From NCBI RefSeq assembly GCF_020745735.1, contig NC_083421.1, forward strand, positions 15,649,040 through 15,713,039: a stretch of DNA of 64,000 nucleotides, read 5' to 3'. The DNA is from Hemiscyllium ocellatum. Lineage: Eukaryota. The notes under the pieces were generated by a model. It did no database searches and had not been told where the DNA came from. It saw only the letters and a list, made by a program, of their open reading frames with translations. Each line of letters opens with the position of its first letter. The stretch's first letter is position 1. The position numbers were made by a program, and so were the translations under genes. Positions 50,413 through 64,000 of the stretch are shown here, piece by piece.

Positions 50413-53319
50413 TCTCGAATGAATATGCAGTATACTTGAGATGGCTTAATTCTTTCTTCAAGGCCAGTCTGTAATCATACATTTTCCCACATCCTACTCC
50501 TTTCCCAGCCAAATACTTTCACTTGTTCTGTTTGGTTGTGTTTCATCCAGTCATTTAGTTTAATGTTGCGCTGCCGTGCCGCCCACTAATGTAAATATAT
50601 CTTTCACACGATATGCCTGATGGAACACTCCAGAGGCAGAATGATTAGAGAACATTTCCTCTTATGCACCAAGGGTCACGGCCTCGGGTCACGTAATGAT
50701 ACGAATTTGGAGCTTTGCTCCACCAGAAGCCTTTAAAAGGCAGGCAAAGGAGTTTGAAAGTTTACTCTACACCGTCTAAACTATATGTACTCCCAATGTC
50801 CGGACAGCCTGAGTTAGTAATGCATAAATCGCCACCTGAAACGCCCAACGAAACATTCATCAGCCAAAAATGTCAAAGTTCAGTGAGGTAGTCAGACACA
50901 ACACGTGCACAATCCAAGGGCGGATTCTCAGAACTGGAGTTTTTCTCACATATAAATCTCATGGAGCACAATTCCTGGGATCTATTTGACACACCACACC
51001 TGTCAAATCCCAGGGAATGAGACTGAGATCTGATACAGGGATATTACAGAACAGCAACTCTCAAAAATAATAAATCAGAGGTTGATGTTGATCAGGCAAG
51101 TCAGAGCTCAAGATTCCCTGAAATATTCAGCCATTGGGATCTATACGACGCAATACGGAATTGAGAACCAATCATAGCAACTATTCACAGAGTCTGGAAA
51201 CTATCAGCAGAGGAGAACATTCTAAATTTCTCAGAGTTGGAGAGGTGTATCATCCCGGGAATAGTGTTGTGAATCAGTCACGCACCCAATCTCATAACTT
51301 CGCATTTTTTCAAAAATGTGGCTCCTGAAACTAGATGCAATATTCCAGATGAGACAAGAGACTGTTTGATTTTAGTTTGACATAATTGCTTTGTGTTTGT
51401 TCTCTACGGTGTTATTGATGAAGTAGGGTTTATTTGCTCTTCTGTCCACGTGTCATGGTACATTCCCCGATTTGTGCACATACACACGGGAGATCCTCTG
51501 CTCCTGCGTCCCTTTGGGTTTACCCCCTTACTATTGTATGTTCCCCTGAGTTCATCACAAAACAAAGAAGCACCTCACCCCTCCCTGAGACTGAGATCTA
51601 TCTGACACACCGATATTAATGAATAACAATCCTCAAAAATGATAAATCACAGTTGATTTCGATCAGAGATGACAGAGATCAGAAGTTCTGGAAACCCTGC
51701 TGCTTTCCAGGTCCTTTCCCACAACCCCTTTGTCAAACTTGATGCTCTTAGTTGTTTGCCAATATCCTAACATTTTATCTTAAATTGCTGTTAATATATT
51801 TCTGTAATTTTGCATTATAGACGAAAGCACAGGTTGAAACAACAAGGACTCCAAACACTGATCTCTGAGATCGTACACAATAAGGCAACCTACATTCTGA
51901 AACAGCAAACACCCGTTAACAAATGGTTGACAAACACAAAACAGCGGGTGAGATTAACTTGAACTCATCAAAATAAAAGGAAAGTACTCTAGAGGTACAG
52001 CGGTGTAGGCAAGACCTGGGCAGACAGAATGGAGTTCGTTTTTTAAAATTCTTGTTTATATCCAGAATTTTCCTTCCACACAATGTAACCTTTTATTTCC
52101 CATCACCCAAGTCACCTATAGTATCTTTATTTTCAGCTACTAACCATCACCAGTCAATTGAATAATTTATGTTCAAAGCCCCTCCATCATCAAAGGTACG
52201 GCAGAAGTAGGAAGAGCTAGAAGGAGATTGGAGTCATTTTTTTCTTGTGGTGAAACATTACTGCTGTTCTAACACAAGGTATTTCTGAGGGATGGTCCAG
52301 TGAAGCTATTTGGATGGAACTCATAAATAAGAAGGGCATGATTACTTTGATGCAATTGTAATAGGCCACCCCAGTAGTCAGATTGAAATTGAGTAACAAA
52401 TATGTGGAGAGGACTTATTTATATGTAAGAATAATAGGATTGTAAAAATCGCAAATTTTAACCTTCCAAACATAAAGTGGGACAGCCATGGTCTTAAGAC
52501 CTTGGATGGTGAGGAATTTGATAAGTGCTAAAGTCAATTTTCTTCATTAATATGCAGATGTAATTCTCACAGAAGGAGCAAACCTGACCTACTCTTGTGA
52601 TATAAGGCAAGGCAAGTGACTGAATGGTTAGTAGGGGAGCTTTTTGGGGTCGGGGTCATAATTCGATTAGTTTAAAATATCTATGGAATGTATTGGCATT
52701 ATATATAAGTTAAAGTTCTTAATTGAACTAGGGCAAATTTTGATAGTATGAGACAAAATCTTTCAAGAGTTGATTGGAGTAGACTGTTTGCAGCTCAAGG
52801 GACGGCCGGCAAGAGTGAAGCTTTTAGAAGTGAGATAACGAGAGTTCGGAGGCGTGATGTTCCTGTTAGTGTGAAGATAAGGTTGGTAAGAGGAGGGAAC
52901 ACTGGAAGAATAAAGATGTTGAGGCTCTGGTTCAGATTAAGAATGAATCATATATTAGATATAGATAAATGAGATCAAGTGAACCTCGAAGAGTACAAGA
53001 GGTGCAGGGACATTCTAAAGAGGGAAATGAGGAGGACAAGAAAGGAAAATGAGATAGCCTTGGGAGATAATGCTAAAGATAATCCAAAGAGATTCGATTA
53101 GTACATTAAGAGCAAAGCGGTAGATCATAGAGTCATAGAGATGTACGACTTGGAAACAAATCTTTCAGTCTCACTTGCCCATGATGACCAGATATCCTAA
53201 ACCAATCTAGTACCATTTGCCAGTACTTGGCCCATATCCCTCTAAACCCTTCCTATTCTTATACACACTAAGATGCCTTTTGAATGTTGAAATTGCACCA
53301 GCCTCCACCGCTTCCTCTT

Positions 53320-53394
53320 CATTCCATACACACCATACATTCCATACACTCCATACATTCCATACACTTCCTGTTCATTCCATACACACCATCC
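53320..53394. repeat. Short (TTCCATACAC)-type tandem expansion inside a CR1 3' UTR
   Basis: About six CCATACA units. Confidence 0.85.
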
Positions 53395-55555
53395 TCTACA
53401 TGAAAAAGTTGCTCCTTAGGTACTTTCAACTTTTTCCCCTCTCACTATAAACCTATACTCACCTACACTCTAAACCTCAGGGAAAAGACTTTGCCTTTTC
53501 ACCGTATCCATGCCTCTGATGATTTTATAAACATTTATAAAGTCATGCCTCAGCCTCCAACGTTCCAGAGAAATCAGCCCCAGCCTATTCAGCCTCTCCC
53601 TATATAACTCTACATGGCTGTGAATATGTATAAGCCTAGAAGATTGGCTTCATAAATCATGTTGCATTTTATATAAATGCTGTTTTTTATTATCATTTAG
53701 TTTAAAATGGAGGATGGGTGGCTTTTCAATTTCATATCAGTAGCACAGAAAGACCTGGGGAAATAAACTACAACAAAAAAAAAGACAAAAAGTTATTGCA
53801 CTACGGATCATCTCACCATATCATTCGTGTAAAAATAATTCCCTGTTTTGACCGTGAAGTTAATAGAGTCTATTAATTAGTCCTGTGTTTATAATAATTT
53901 TTATCTATCTGTCATTCTACATTTAGTTGTTATAGTTAACGTGTGGATTACTGCACCTCTCTAAAATTCAAAACAAAATAAAGTAAAACTGCAAATTAAA
54001 TATTGCATCTAATTACGACAAAAAAATTAGCAATTCAATGACACCAAATTGGAAAGGAATGTTGAAACGTAACCAATTCTGAGGACTTCAAGAAGTTGCA
54101 AGAGATCATTAATTAATTTATGGTATATTCAAATAATTAGCAAATGAAGATCCACACAGCTAAACGTAAGGTGTTACATCTCGGTAGGAATAATGTGCAG
54201 GTCACTTATTCAAAGATGCACGTCTAAGCGAGGGAGACAAACAAAGGGATTTCAGACAATTACATCAGTCACTAACAATTTCACCACATGTACCAAAGGC
54301 CATAAAAATGCAAACAAAACTCTAAGTTTTATCTCTAAAGGGATAGATTTGAAAGTAGAGTCACTATAAAATTTGGTTGACGATAATTAAGAGTTTTGCC
54401 TGCAGTTCGAGTTGACATATTATAGAATGTATCAGAGAGAGTGAAGAGATGATTTATGAGAATGATACACAAGTTTCTGGCTGTGCATATCAAGGAAGAA
54501 TTGTTGTGCTGTTCACTTCTCTCTTGAAAAGAAGGCTGACAGTTCTAAAATTATGAAAAGTTTTGAAAAGTGAAGGTACAGAGAAAACATTTTACTATAG
54601 GATAGAATATAACTAGAGGCTGTCAATATAAGACGGTACATCAAGAAGTCCAAAAGGGAATTCAGAAGAAACCTCTTCACTTAAAGAATGATGAGAATGG
54701 GGAATATGTGACCAGATGGAATAGTTGAAATCAATAGTTTAGATGTATTTCAAGGAAACTAGGCGAGCACTTGGAAGGGATGGGAATAGAGAATTACAAC
54801 GGGCCATTTAGATGAGGAAAGATGTGAAACACCTTGAGTAAAACATACACACTGGCATGAACTGATTGTGCCAAATGGTCTGTTTTTCCTCTGTAATCCT
54901 ATGTAGAAAATCACCATTGTATGAAACAAAAAAAGTGCATTAAGAACATTTCGAAGAATTATAAAGTTTTTCACAAAAAAGTCTCAAGTATCCAGCATTG
55001 ATTTTATCACATGGCCACACTTCAGTATTTGCTTGATAGCACTGAAAAAGCAGTAATCACAGTACTCTTACTAGGAGTAGGAGTAACCCATCGTCCATGC
55101 ACCAATTGGGGGATCTCAATGACTTATTAATGGCCTCTGTAGGAGCTGCCAACCTGATCCTGGGAATGTTGTGAACACTCTAGCCCTCACGGCTTCTTTC
55201 ACTCACTTACTCTGATTTCCAGTTCCCGTAATGATCGCCACCATGGACAGGGGACTGTTCCAGTGTGCAGATGGGGTACCCTGTTGTGAGCCATAAGGTA
55301 CTACATTAGGAGGGACATCCTCCAGGTGTCTTACTGGGACGCAGGAGGAGGTATCCCACACAATGGAGGACCTTACTGCTAATAAACTGCCAGCATTGGC
55401 GGGAACACACTCTTCATTGATCACTTGAATGGCCATCCTTTCCTGAATTTGGGATCAATAAAATACTACGGAGGTGGAAATATGAGGGCCACTGGAACTC
55501 CTTCCTTCCCTTATCATCTTCCAGGAGAAAGTGGGGTCTGCAGATGCTGGAGCCC

Positions 55556-55589
55556 TTCCTGATGAAGGGCTTATGCCCGAAACGTCGAA
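55556..55589 (+). ncRNA. Minimal type-I hammerhead ribozyme motif with intact core
   Basis: TTC-CTGATGA-A-GGGC-TTAT-GCCC-GAAA-C-GTC-GAA: complete core, stem II GGGC/GCCC, palindromic ACGT stem III, GUC site, stem I TTC/GAA. Confidence 0.75.
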
Positions 55590-56039
55590 TGTCCTGTTCC
55601 TTGGATGCTGCCTGACCTGCTGCGCTTTTCCAGCAACACATTTTCAGCTTATTATCTTCCACCCTATTATCCACCTATTGATCTTGCAGCCTGTCCCTAG
55701 AGGTCTGATAGAACCCAGTCCCATTCCAATATTCAAGAACATGAAGAGCTGGCAACCTGGTCAAAATGGATAAAGCTTAAAACAAACAGTCTTGGCCTGT
55801 CAAATTCTAAAGTGTAACTTGAGATGAGTTCAATAAAAATGGCAGAAGTACAGAAACAACCACTTCCATCCAGCAGAAACAATTTTCTATGAATGGGAAC
55901 GGGTGGTCTGCTCTTTGGAATGGAGCAGTGCATTTGAAAAGTTAATGAGGAGCAGCAATGTTTTGTGTTGGACGTGTGCACAGTTTGAAGCTGTTTGCTG
56001 ATTCAGTTTTGCTAAAGGTTTGGCAGATACTTTCCAATT

Positions 56040-56190
56040 AGAGAAGAAAGTGAGGTCTGCACATGCTGGAGATCAGAGCTGAAAATGTGTTGCTGGAAAA
56101 GCGCAGCAGTTCAGGCAGCATCCAAGAAACAGGAGATTCGACGTTTCTGGCATAAGCCCTTCTTCATTCCTGAAGAAGGTTATTTCCAAA
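56040..56190 (-). repeat. Same hammerhead-bearing short repeat family
   Basis: Reverse complement contains GAAGAAGGGCTTATGCCAGAAACGTCGAATC. Confidence 0.85.
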
Positions 56191-59100
56191 GCGACATTCC
56201 AATTAGAATCAATTAAATCTGCCAAAGTGGATATTAATACTCACATTTATGAGATGCTTTAACATAGAACATAGAACATTGTGGGCACAGTATTTGGCCC
56301 ACAACAGTGTGCCGAGGTTTAATCCTAATGTAAAATATAATAACAACCTACACACCTCTCAACTCACTGCTAAACATTTGCATGTCCAGCAGTCACTTAA
56401 ATATCCGTAATGACTCTGCTTCCACCACCACTGCTGGTAAAGCATTCCATGCACTCACAACACTCTGCATCAAGAACCTACCTCTAACATCCCCTCTGTA
56501 CCTTTCTCCTAATATCTTAAAACTATGACATCCTCGTACCAGTCAATCCTGCCCTGAGGAAAATTCTCTAGCTATTGACTTTATCTATTCCTCTCATTAT
56601 TTTGTATACCTCAATCAGGTCTCCTCCCTTCCTCCATCTCTCCAGAGAGAAAAGTCTGAGCTTATTCAACCTTTCTTCATAAGGCAAGCCCTCCAGTTCA
56701 GGCAGCATCCTAAACCTTCATTGCACCCTCTCCAAAGCCTCTATCTATTTCGTATAGCAGGGCAACCAGAACTGGACACAATATTGCAGGTGTGGTCTCA
56801 CCAGAGACTTGTAGATCTGTAGCAAAACCTCGCAGCTCTCAAACTCGATTCCCCTGTAAATGAAAGCCTAAACACCATATGCTTTCTTAACAACCCTATC
56901 CACTTGGGTGGCAACTTTGAGGGATCTATGTACTTGCACACCCAGATCCCTCTGTTCCTCCACACTGCCAAGAATCCTGCCTTTAACCCGATATTCAGCA
57001 TTCGAGTTTGACCTTCCAAACTGGAAAAGGATGCACCGAATGCCAAACAGGAGAAGGTTGTTTGCATGTATCAGAAGAGTTAGGACCAATGACATGAAAC
57101 TGGCTTTTAAGCAAGCTTTCAAAGTGAGAATGAGTACCAGAGGGCGTGTTAGGAAGTTTATCAGTAAAGTACAGCTAATTCAGGGGACTTGACCATACTC
57201 ATGGACAAAAGCAATCAGAGATCCAAAGACCAGAGTGTGTATATAAGGGGTACAAGAGACAGCTTGGATCAAGGCCTTGAAGAATTTAGAGATAGACATA
57301 AGTTTAAACTCAATACATCAGATGAAAATGAGCCAGTTAAGATCTCAGTCCTTTCTCTATGAGCACAAGTTTAAGTTTACCAATCTTGTCCAGGCCAGCA
57401 TTAAATGAGATTTTTATTTGCACTGCTCATGATTTCACAAGATATAGATATCTCAGTTTTGTAAATGCAATAAAATCCATTATCCACCGTTTCAGCAATT
57501 CATTAAATAGAAATTGACAGAAATAAACAGCTGTCCAAAGCTGTCTTTCAACAGCCAGACTGATACAATATTCAAAAAGGATCTGCATGTACAAAGTGGG
57601 CTTGTCAGGGGGTTAAATCATTTCAAATTCAAAAACTAGATTCCATTTTAATTATATCAGCTGGATGTTGGATACTCCATCAACAAAAGGTTCCCATATT
57701 CAAACGGTTGTTTGCAAATATAGAAATTGGATATTGCTATAAAATAGGACATGCTCTTTTTTTTTGTCTTGCATACATCAGGATTTTGATATTAAGGGAA
57801 ACAACATTTTACACTGAACAAGAAAAGAGTTCTGATGCTTTGGAAAGTGCACAATGATTGATCGAGATGTCCCCAATGGAAATGGACTGGTCAGATAGTG
57901 ATGGACAGTTAACAGCTAAACTTTGTTAAGTTTGCAATTGGCAGGTTTCCTGAGTGGTCAAGGTATTGCCCTGCCAAATGAGTCAGAGAATAGCCATCAC
58001 CAATTTAGTCGAATCACAACAAGCATTGGCAGTTAACTGCCAATTATCACCTGGTCCATTCTCCATGCCTTTACCAATCAGCACTCATTACCCAGACAGA
58101 TTAAATGCTTTCTCCCTTCCCAATGGTATTCTTGAGAGTGTCCTGATAAGTACAATACTAAAGACTTCAATTAAAAAAAACACTTTATTTTCATCAATAC
58201 TCAAATTTCCATGTTGTACCAGCTGGCAGAGGTGAAGCTTCACTATAATGTATCAGGCCTACAATGAACTGGTAAAGTTCTGCACTGGTCTCAGAGGGAA
58301 ACCAGCAACAATGTCCTTGTGGAGACATTACTATACCTTTGATCCTATACAGCAACAATTTCAAAGCCATTGAGGAACAGAAATAAATAGAAACAAACCA
58401 CATTCACATACACGCAGTACAGTATTATTTAAAGTAATAGAGAGAAATGCTGCACAAGCAGGAAAACTAATTATTATTCTGAATAGTGAATATGGCACCA
58501 AAAGCACCCTTGTGATAATGACAGTTGATTTGCAGCAGTTGAAGAGTTGCTCATTCTGTTATGGGCCCCGCTCGGTTCCTACACCAGTATGTGACCATAG
58601 ATTCAGATTGTTTTTAAAGGCAGATATCAATATGCAGTTGCACAGTGGCAGGAGTATGGCTATCCTATAGACAGCACTGAAGAGATCTCATACACATTGG
58701 CTCTTTAATAAAGAAATGGGACAAACCTCAGAGATAGGGAAATGTAAATAAATGAACCACTAACAAGATTGCATCCAATTCGATAGTAATTGATACCTGA
58801 TCACCAAATTCAGCTGCCACTTGAAAGGATGCAAGAAGCCCCAAAAGGAGATACTCCAAATTTCACTTGATTCTGTGTCACATTATCAAAAGAGAGCTTC
58901 GTAGTTGCTTTCTAGCAGACATTATTTTTATCCATAAACCACATAGGCTTGACAGAGAAGCATTGGTTTCGATCACAGATCAGAACCGAATAGTGCAGAA
59001 CCACATCATCACTCATCTCGAGAAGTTGTGTCAATGGATGCTTAGGTTGCAGTGCCTCTGTGTTCTGAGCTTCGCCCCCAATCTCTCTCTGTTCCCTAGT

Positions 59101-62100
59101 TTTTCTGATTAGTTGCGGTTCCAGTCCCACATCATTGTCCCAGATTAAAAAGGTTTCAATATCAGTGAGTTCACCAGTTTAGCGCATTGGGTAAATCAGC
59201 AGTGGCTCCACTGAAAAGGCTTTTAAATCCTGAAGCTCATAGAACAGCATATAGTTATTCCTATTAATTGACCTAATAACAATTAACAACATTATATTTG
59301 ATCTGCTATATTTTCCATTACTGACTGCAATGAATCTACCTCATGGGATACAGAAACTCACCAATGTGAGTAAAAACCTCTTAAAAGTTGGGCAAAATCC
59401 AGGCTATGGACTTAAGGGAATAAACTCCATGCAATAATGCAACAAAGGAAAGCAAATTGAAGTCAAATGATGCACAGGTTTGATGAAGAGCAAAACCCTC
59501 TCTACCCTAGCAGGAAGGTAAGTAGAAAAGTTGCACATTTATATAACATCTTAATGCAATCTCAGAGTATCCTAAACATCTCTTTCCAGATCTCTGATAC
59601 AAGTGCAGAACCCCTGGGGCCACTGTCAACTACATGCTATCAAACCCAGGGAATCAGAGATGGAAATATTAGCATGTGCCAATGTTACAGTTTAAAATGT
59701 GTATTTAATACCTCTGCTCGAGTAACTAGAAAAATTGTTTCACGGTATGAACAATAAATGAGAACAGGTCACTTGGCCCTTCGAGCCTGCTCCACTATTC
59801 AATAAGATCCTGACCGACCCGATTTTATCAAGCTTACAAAACATTCAGCTGACAATATCTCACTTTAGCTTTTCTTATTCTATCACTTTAGTATATTCCA
59901 CTGCATATCTATTCTAATCTGGAGAATAATTCTACTGCTGTTAATCACTGATCCACACTGTACTGCTCTCCTCATGCACTGTTCTTTTCCTCAGCCTATT
60001 CATTCAACAAGATAAAATAGATTGGAACAGACTCCACTGTTTGCTGGTACTTGACACAATGAGAACTATTGAAATATGTCAATACACTCCTTTGGTGAAA
60101 AATATAATTTGCTTTGAGATTTTAAAACAGGTTTAATTATTTTAGATTTGCATTGAATGGTATATCAGTTTGATCCAGATGTTAGTACAGAGTGAAATAT
60201 TACAGCACTGAGCTTTGTCTCATTCTCATTTGATGGAAGTTGGGAAGGAGTGCTTTCTTACAGCAGAGAGTGAAAAATGAACAACCAAGTTAAGTAATAA
60301 TACATGCAGGTTCTGACAAAGTCAATTTTCAATCAGAGATGTTCTATACAACAACTGAAGTTATTTTGATCATGTAGTCACGTGTCAGAAATGTGATATC
60401 TAATTTGTGTACCATGAGCAAAGCAGGAAGGGGATGATGACCAGATCATCAGCTCATCGGGATTCAGCGATAAGTATTGGCTGGGACACCAGGTATAATC
60501 TCCTCACTTTAATTCAAAATAATAAGGGTCCCTTTAGAGGGCAGACTGGCTTTGGTTTAATGCCTCATATACATCCGACGTGCAGGATTATCTCAAGACT
60601 GCACTGCTGTGGCAGTATCAATTAGTCTATTCTAAACCCGATGGTAGGTCTCGAACTCTCCGACTCAAAGATCAGCATCCTACTCAGTGACACCTGAGCA
60701 ACGTACAATACTCTGATTGACGGCTTATTATTTACATCCCTAGGGATTAATGAAGCAATTAAGGGAAATTGCATCGATTCTATGTGAGATGCAAAACAGG
60801 CTTATTATGATAGAATGATAGTCTCCCTACCCTCGATCAGTAGGCTGAAGTTCCTAGATTAGACTTAGTAGGCTTAAATTCCTGTCCCAACGTGTCATTC
60901 TTCACTTTTAATTTTAAAAAAAGGAAAACTGCTTCAAACAATGGGCTGTTGTCATTTGGAAAGTGCAACATGTGTAATTAGGAATCAGCACGTTGAGCAG
61001 TGATGATTCCAATGCTCCCGAATTTAGCCTTGCAATGGTGAAGTTAATGAGGGGGTAATGACAAAGCAGTATACCTTGCATCCCAGTCTTGTAATCTTGC
61101 TAATGTAATTAGTTATTGCTGCCTTCACCACGCATCCCCCGGAGTGTATTGACAATGCTGTCCTATGATCTATAAAATGTTGCTGGGATTTTATTTGTTT
61201 TCAAGATGCATCATGAACCATCTTGGTCGTGTTGGTATGGGGTTCTTTTGACTTCCACAGGATGTCTACAGTATACCATAATGAGGGAATGCTGGGGTTG
61301 GGGTGTGGAAGAGACAGTATAGATTGAAAAAAAGAGAAAATCAATATGTCACAGTATTAAAGCCATTTCTGGGCTATGCAAGACCTTTATACTGAAAGAC
61401 AGCAAAATTCAGCGGACCATTGAAAAACTTTGGATGTTTTATACTTATTCAAGATTGGTCTCTCAAAATAAGCCAAACATTTCTGAACCAGTCAAGCAGT
61501 TGTTTTCTGTGATTGCTTCCCTCTGTGTTAGTGTTCACCACGCTGCCACGGGATGCCTTCGTGAGGCAATCCTGACATAATCTTACAACTGCCAGCACTT
61601 CCCTTTCGCATTATTGGATCCCTAATACAGCAGATTTAACCTGATATTAGACCAAACTTACTTGCCAATTTGTTTCCTTTAGTTTCTGACACACTTAGGT
61701 TTCCATCTAATTCACAGTGTGAGGTGTCAACATTTTCACAGCTGCAACTGATCATAAAGTACCCGTTAAATCATTTTATCTATGTGCATGATCACAAAGT
61801 TAATATTTGGCACTTCTTATCAACATCGAGAGTTTTGGCTGTGAGGGCAGGAGCTGGTGGGTGGGGAGTAAGGAGGTCAAATAAAGACATGTCTGCACTG
61901 GAACAGAGGGAAAACATCGCAAATGCAAGGATTCAAGTTTAACTTCCTTATATTGGAACAAGAAACTCAAGGTCTTTCTACACTATTGCTAATTTAACCC
62001 TTACAAGCACAATTTGTAACTCAATGTTTGATTCAGGATCCGAACCTAGTAATTTCTCATTATTCAAATTCATTGTAGGTTTGTGTCATATTAGTCAGTA

Positions 62101-63894
62101 TTGGCTGCTTTGTTGAAAAGAGAATTTTTTTCCTTTTCCTTTCATGCACCTTCATCCATTTGCAGTTTACTGAAGGATCTGACCATAATAAACCCAGGAA
62201 TAATTACAGGTCTCTGACGCAGAGCAGTGAAATGACCTCAGTATTTAGGCTTCTGTTAATTGATGACATCAGTGAAACGGTGTGGATGTATTGAATTCGC
62301 CATGAAAACACTTTATAAGCTTAATTCAAAAAATACCTATTACTAGGGAAAGTGCCTGACTCCGTGAATGCACATGACCTCTGGCCAACTTAAATTATAA
62401 AAAGTGCAAAGCATTCAATGGCGACATTGTATGGGAGATAGACCAAGGCGAGGAGACCAGGAGCCGGTCCTAATCCATAGCCATAATTCTTCAAATATGT
62501 AGCCATATTTCATCAAATGTCACCAGACTCTGGAGACCCATGGCAATGATTTTGGAGGGAGTGAAGAATGCGGTTGGGCGGGGGTGGGGGAGTGAGGATG
62601 AGCAGGAAAGAGAAACAAAGCGAAGCGATGAGGTGGGGTGAAGGAGAGGAACCCATTTCTGCAGTATTTTCGCAATGGCTCCAATGTTCAGAAATAGAAC
62701 CTCAATGTGGATCGGTGAGCAATTTCCCGTCTCAATGTTTCGGATGGTGGTACTACTGTTTAAGACAACTTTGTCTCAAATATTTAATTCCTTGGGAGGC
62801 AGTCCAGCAGTCTCGTTAATGTAGCTGCTGTTGTCTGGACTGGCATTCGTCGCATCGCACAAAACATTTTGAAAGAATCAATGGTTCTCCAACATTCCCT
62901 TTTCACGTTGTTGTATTCCAAATGATTAAGCCACATCAAAATCAGATCAAATCAAACTTGCTTCCACATGGTTACCCTCATGTTTGGCAAACTTTGATTC
63001 CCACCCTCCTGACAATCTGGTCTGTCAAAATGGCCCCAGCCACAAGTCATCGTGAAGCAAAAGTTAAACAAAGGACTCACATCTATAAATGACTTGCAAA
63101 CATTTGAAAATATACCCTGAAGATCAACAGGCTCTATTGAGCTGATACAACATTTTTTTTAATATGACGAATCACTGTAATCACCAGGAGTAATGCAAAT
63201 ATTGGTAGGGGCTGTGGTCTGGAATGATGGTGTTTGCTATAGCACTGGGAGATGTTGTCAAGAGGAAGTTCCTCCAGACATCTTACAGAAATTCCTGCTC
63301 TTCAGAAATTCCTGTTCACATTACATTCTGTTTAAAAAAAAAGGCACTTTCAAAAGCTATGACTGCAAAATATGTTGGCTTTTTATCAACTTCCATAGTG
63401 GTTTTCAGGACACCGTGGTCTGTTCTTTTTGAAGAGATGGGGTGAGGGGAGGTGGCCGATGTTGGAAAGCAGAGAGTTAGGTAGTCAATGTGTTTTCAAT
63501 ATGTTTAGCCTCATTGCACAGTCCAGTGCTTGGAAGTGAACAACTGAAGGCCTGAATATTGAAGGGCTAGAAATGATCATTGGAAGACTTTGTGTTAAAG
63601 CATGCTCAATTATTCACTGGCTTTTATCTGGGAGGTGGTAGGATCCAGAAAATGGCAGGGAGAGAGTCTGGCATCTTCCTATTGCTAAGCCATGCTGACA
63701 TAGACCAGTTCTCTTTGATATCTTAATGCCCTCTAGCCTGCCTCCCTTATTTCCCTGATTGCACCCACCTTTGCAGGCTCACTGATGATCAGTATGAATG
63801 GTAGGGCTCAGAAATGTGCTGATCTGTCATCCTTCTTACTGGAGTAGCAGCTCTTGAAGCTAAACTGAACGTCAGCTGATGAGTAACCCTCTTC

Positions 63895-64000
63895 ATTTTA
63901 GATTAGAGTGGTGCTGGAAAAGCACAGCAGGTCAGGCAGCTTCTGAGGAGCAGAAAAATCGACGTTTCAAGCAAAAGCCTTTCATCAATGAAGAATCTCT
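63895..64000 (-). repeat. Same hammerhead-bearing short repeat family
   Basis: Reverse complement reads TTGATGAAAGGCTTTTGCTTGAAACGTCGATT followed by the shared arm. Confidence 0.8.

Larger units (their letters stand above)
52180..57030. mobile_element. CR1 fragments downstream of the IgM cluster (EN piece +, 3' ends -, ORF1 N-terminus - at 55200-55440)
   Basis: EN remnants at 52200-53100, RT C-termini at 53110-53610 and 54010-54900, and an AGAACATAGAACAT tail at 56262. Confidence 0.75.

Noticed and set aside
1-64000. Most of the 60-140 aa ORFs in the supplied track
   Set aside because: They are antisense or shifted frames of CR1/PLE/SINE remnants or low-complexity sequence, and many start at TTG/GTG/CTG. 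No coherent gene was recognised.

Overview
Vertebrate genomic DNA, almost certainly from a cartilaginous fish (shark). The core (24.5-50.0 kb, + strand) is one complete unrearranged IgM heavy-chain cluster: leader, VH, D1, D2, JH, Cmu1-4 with secretory tail, TM1, TM2. It appears to be a pseudogene: the normal leader-V acceptor is missing, the V and J RSS heptamers have lost the essential CAC, Cmu2 has a TGA at the core Trp, and Cmu3 has a TAA plus a frameshift. Flanks and introns are dense with retroelements: many CR1/L2-type LINE pieces including a near full-length nested CR1, tRNA-derived SINEs, two Penelope-like (PLE) lineages including a TSD-flanked near-complete copy with an inverted segment, and a short palindromic repeat family carrying minimal hammerhead ribozyme motifs. 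Best leads: an in-frame or rescuable leader intron, selective RSS decay, a ~45-bp pentamer-based tandem array just 3' of JH, the hammerhead repeats, a ~570-bp inverted repeat pair, and a TATA plus mini-intron in the CR1 5' UTR. All analysis was by eye. Repeat boundaries are approximate and no database searches were run.
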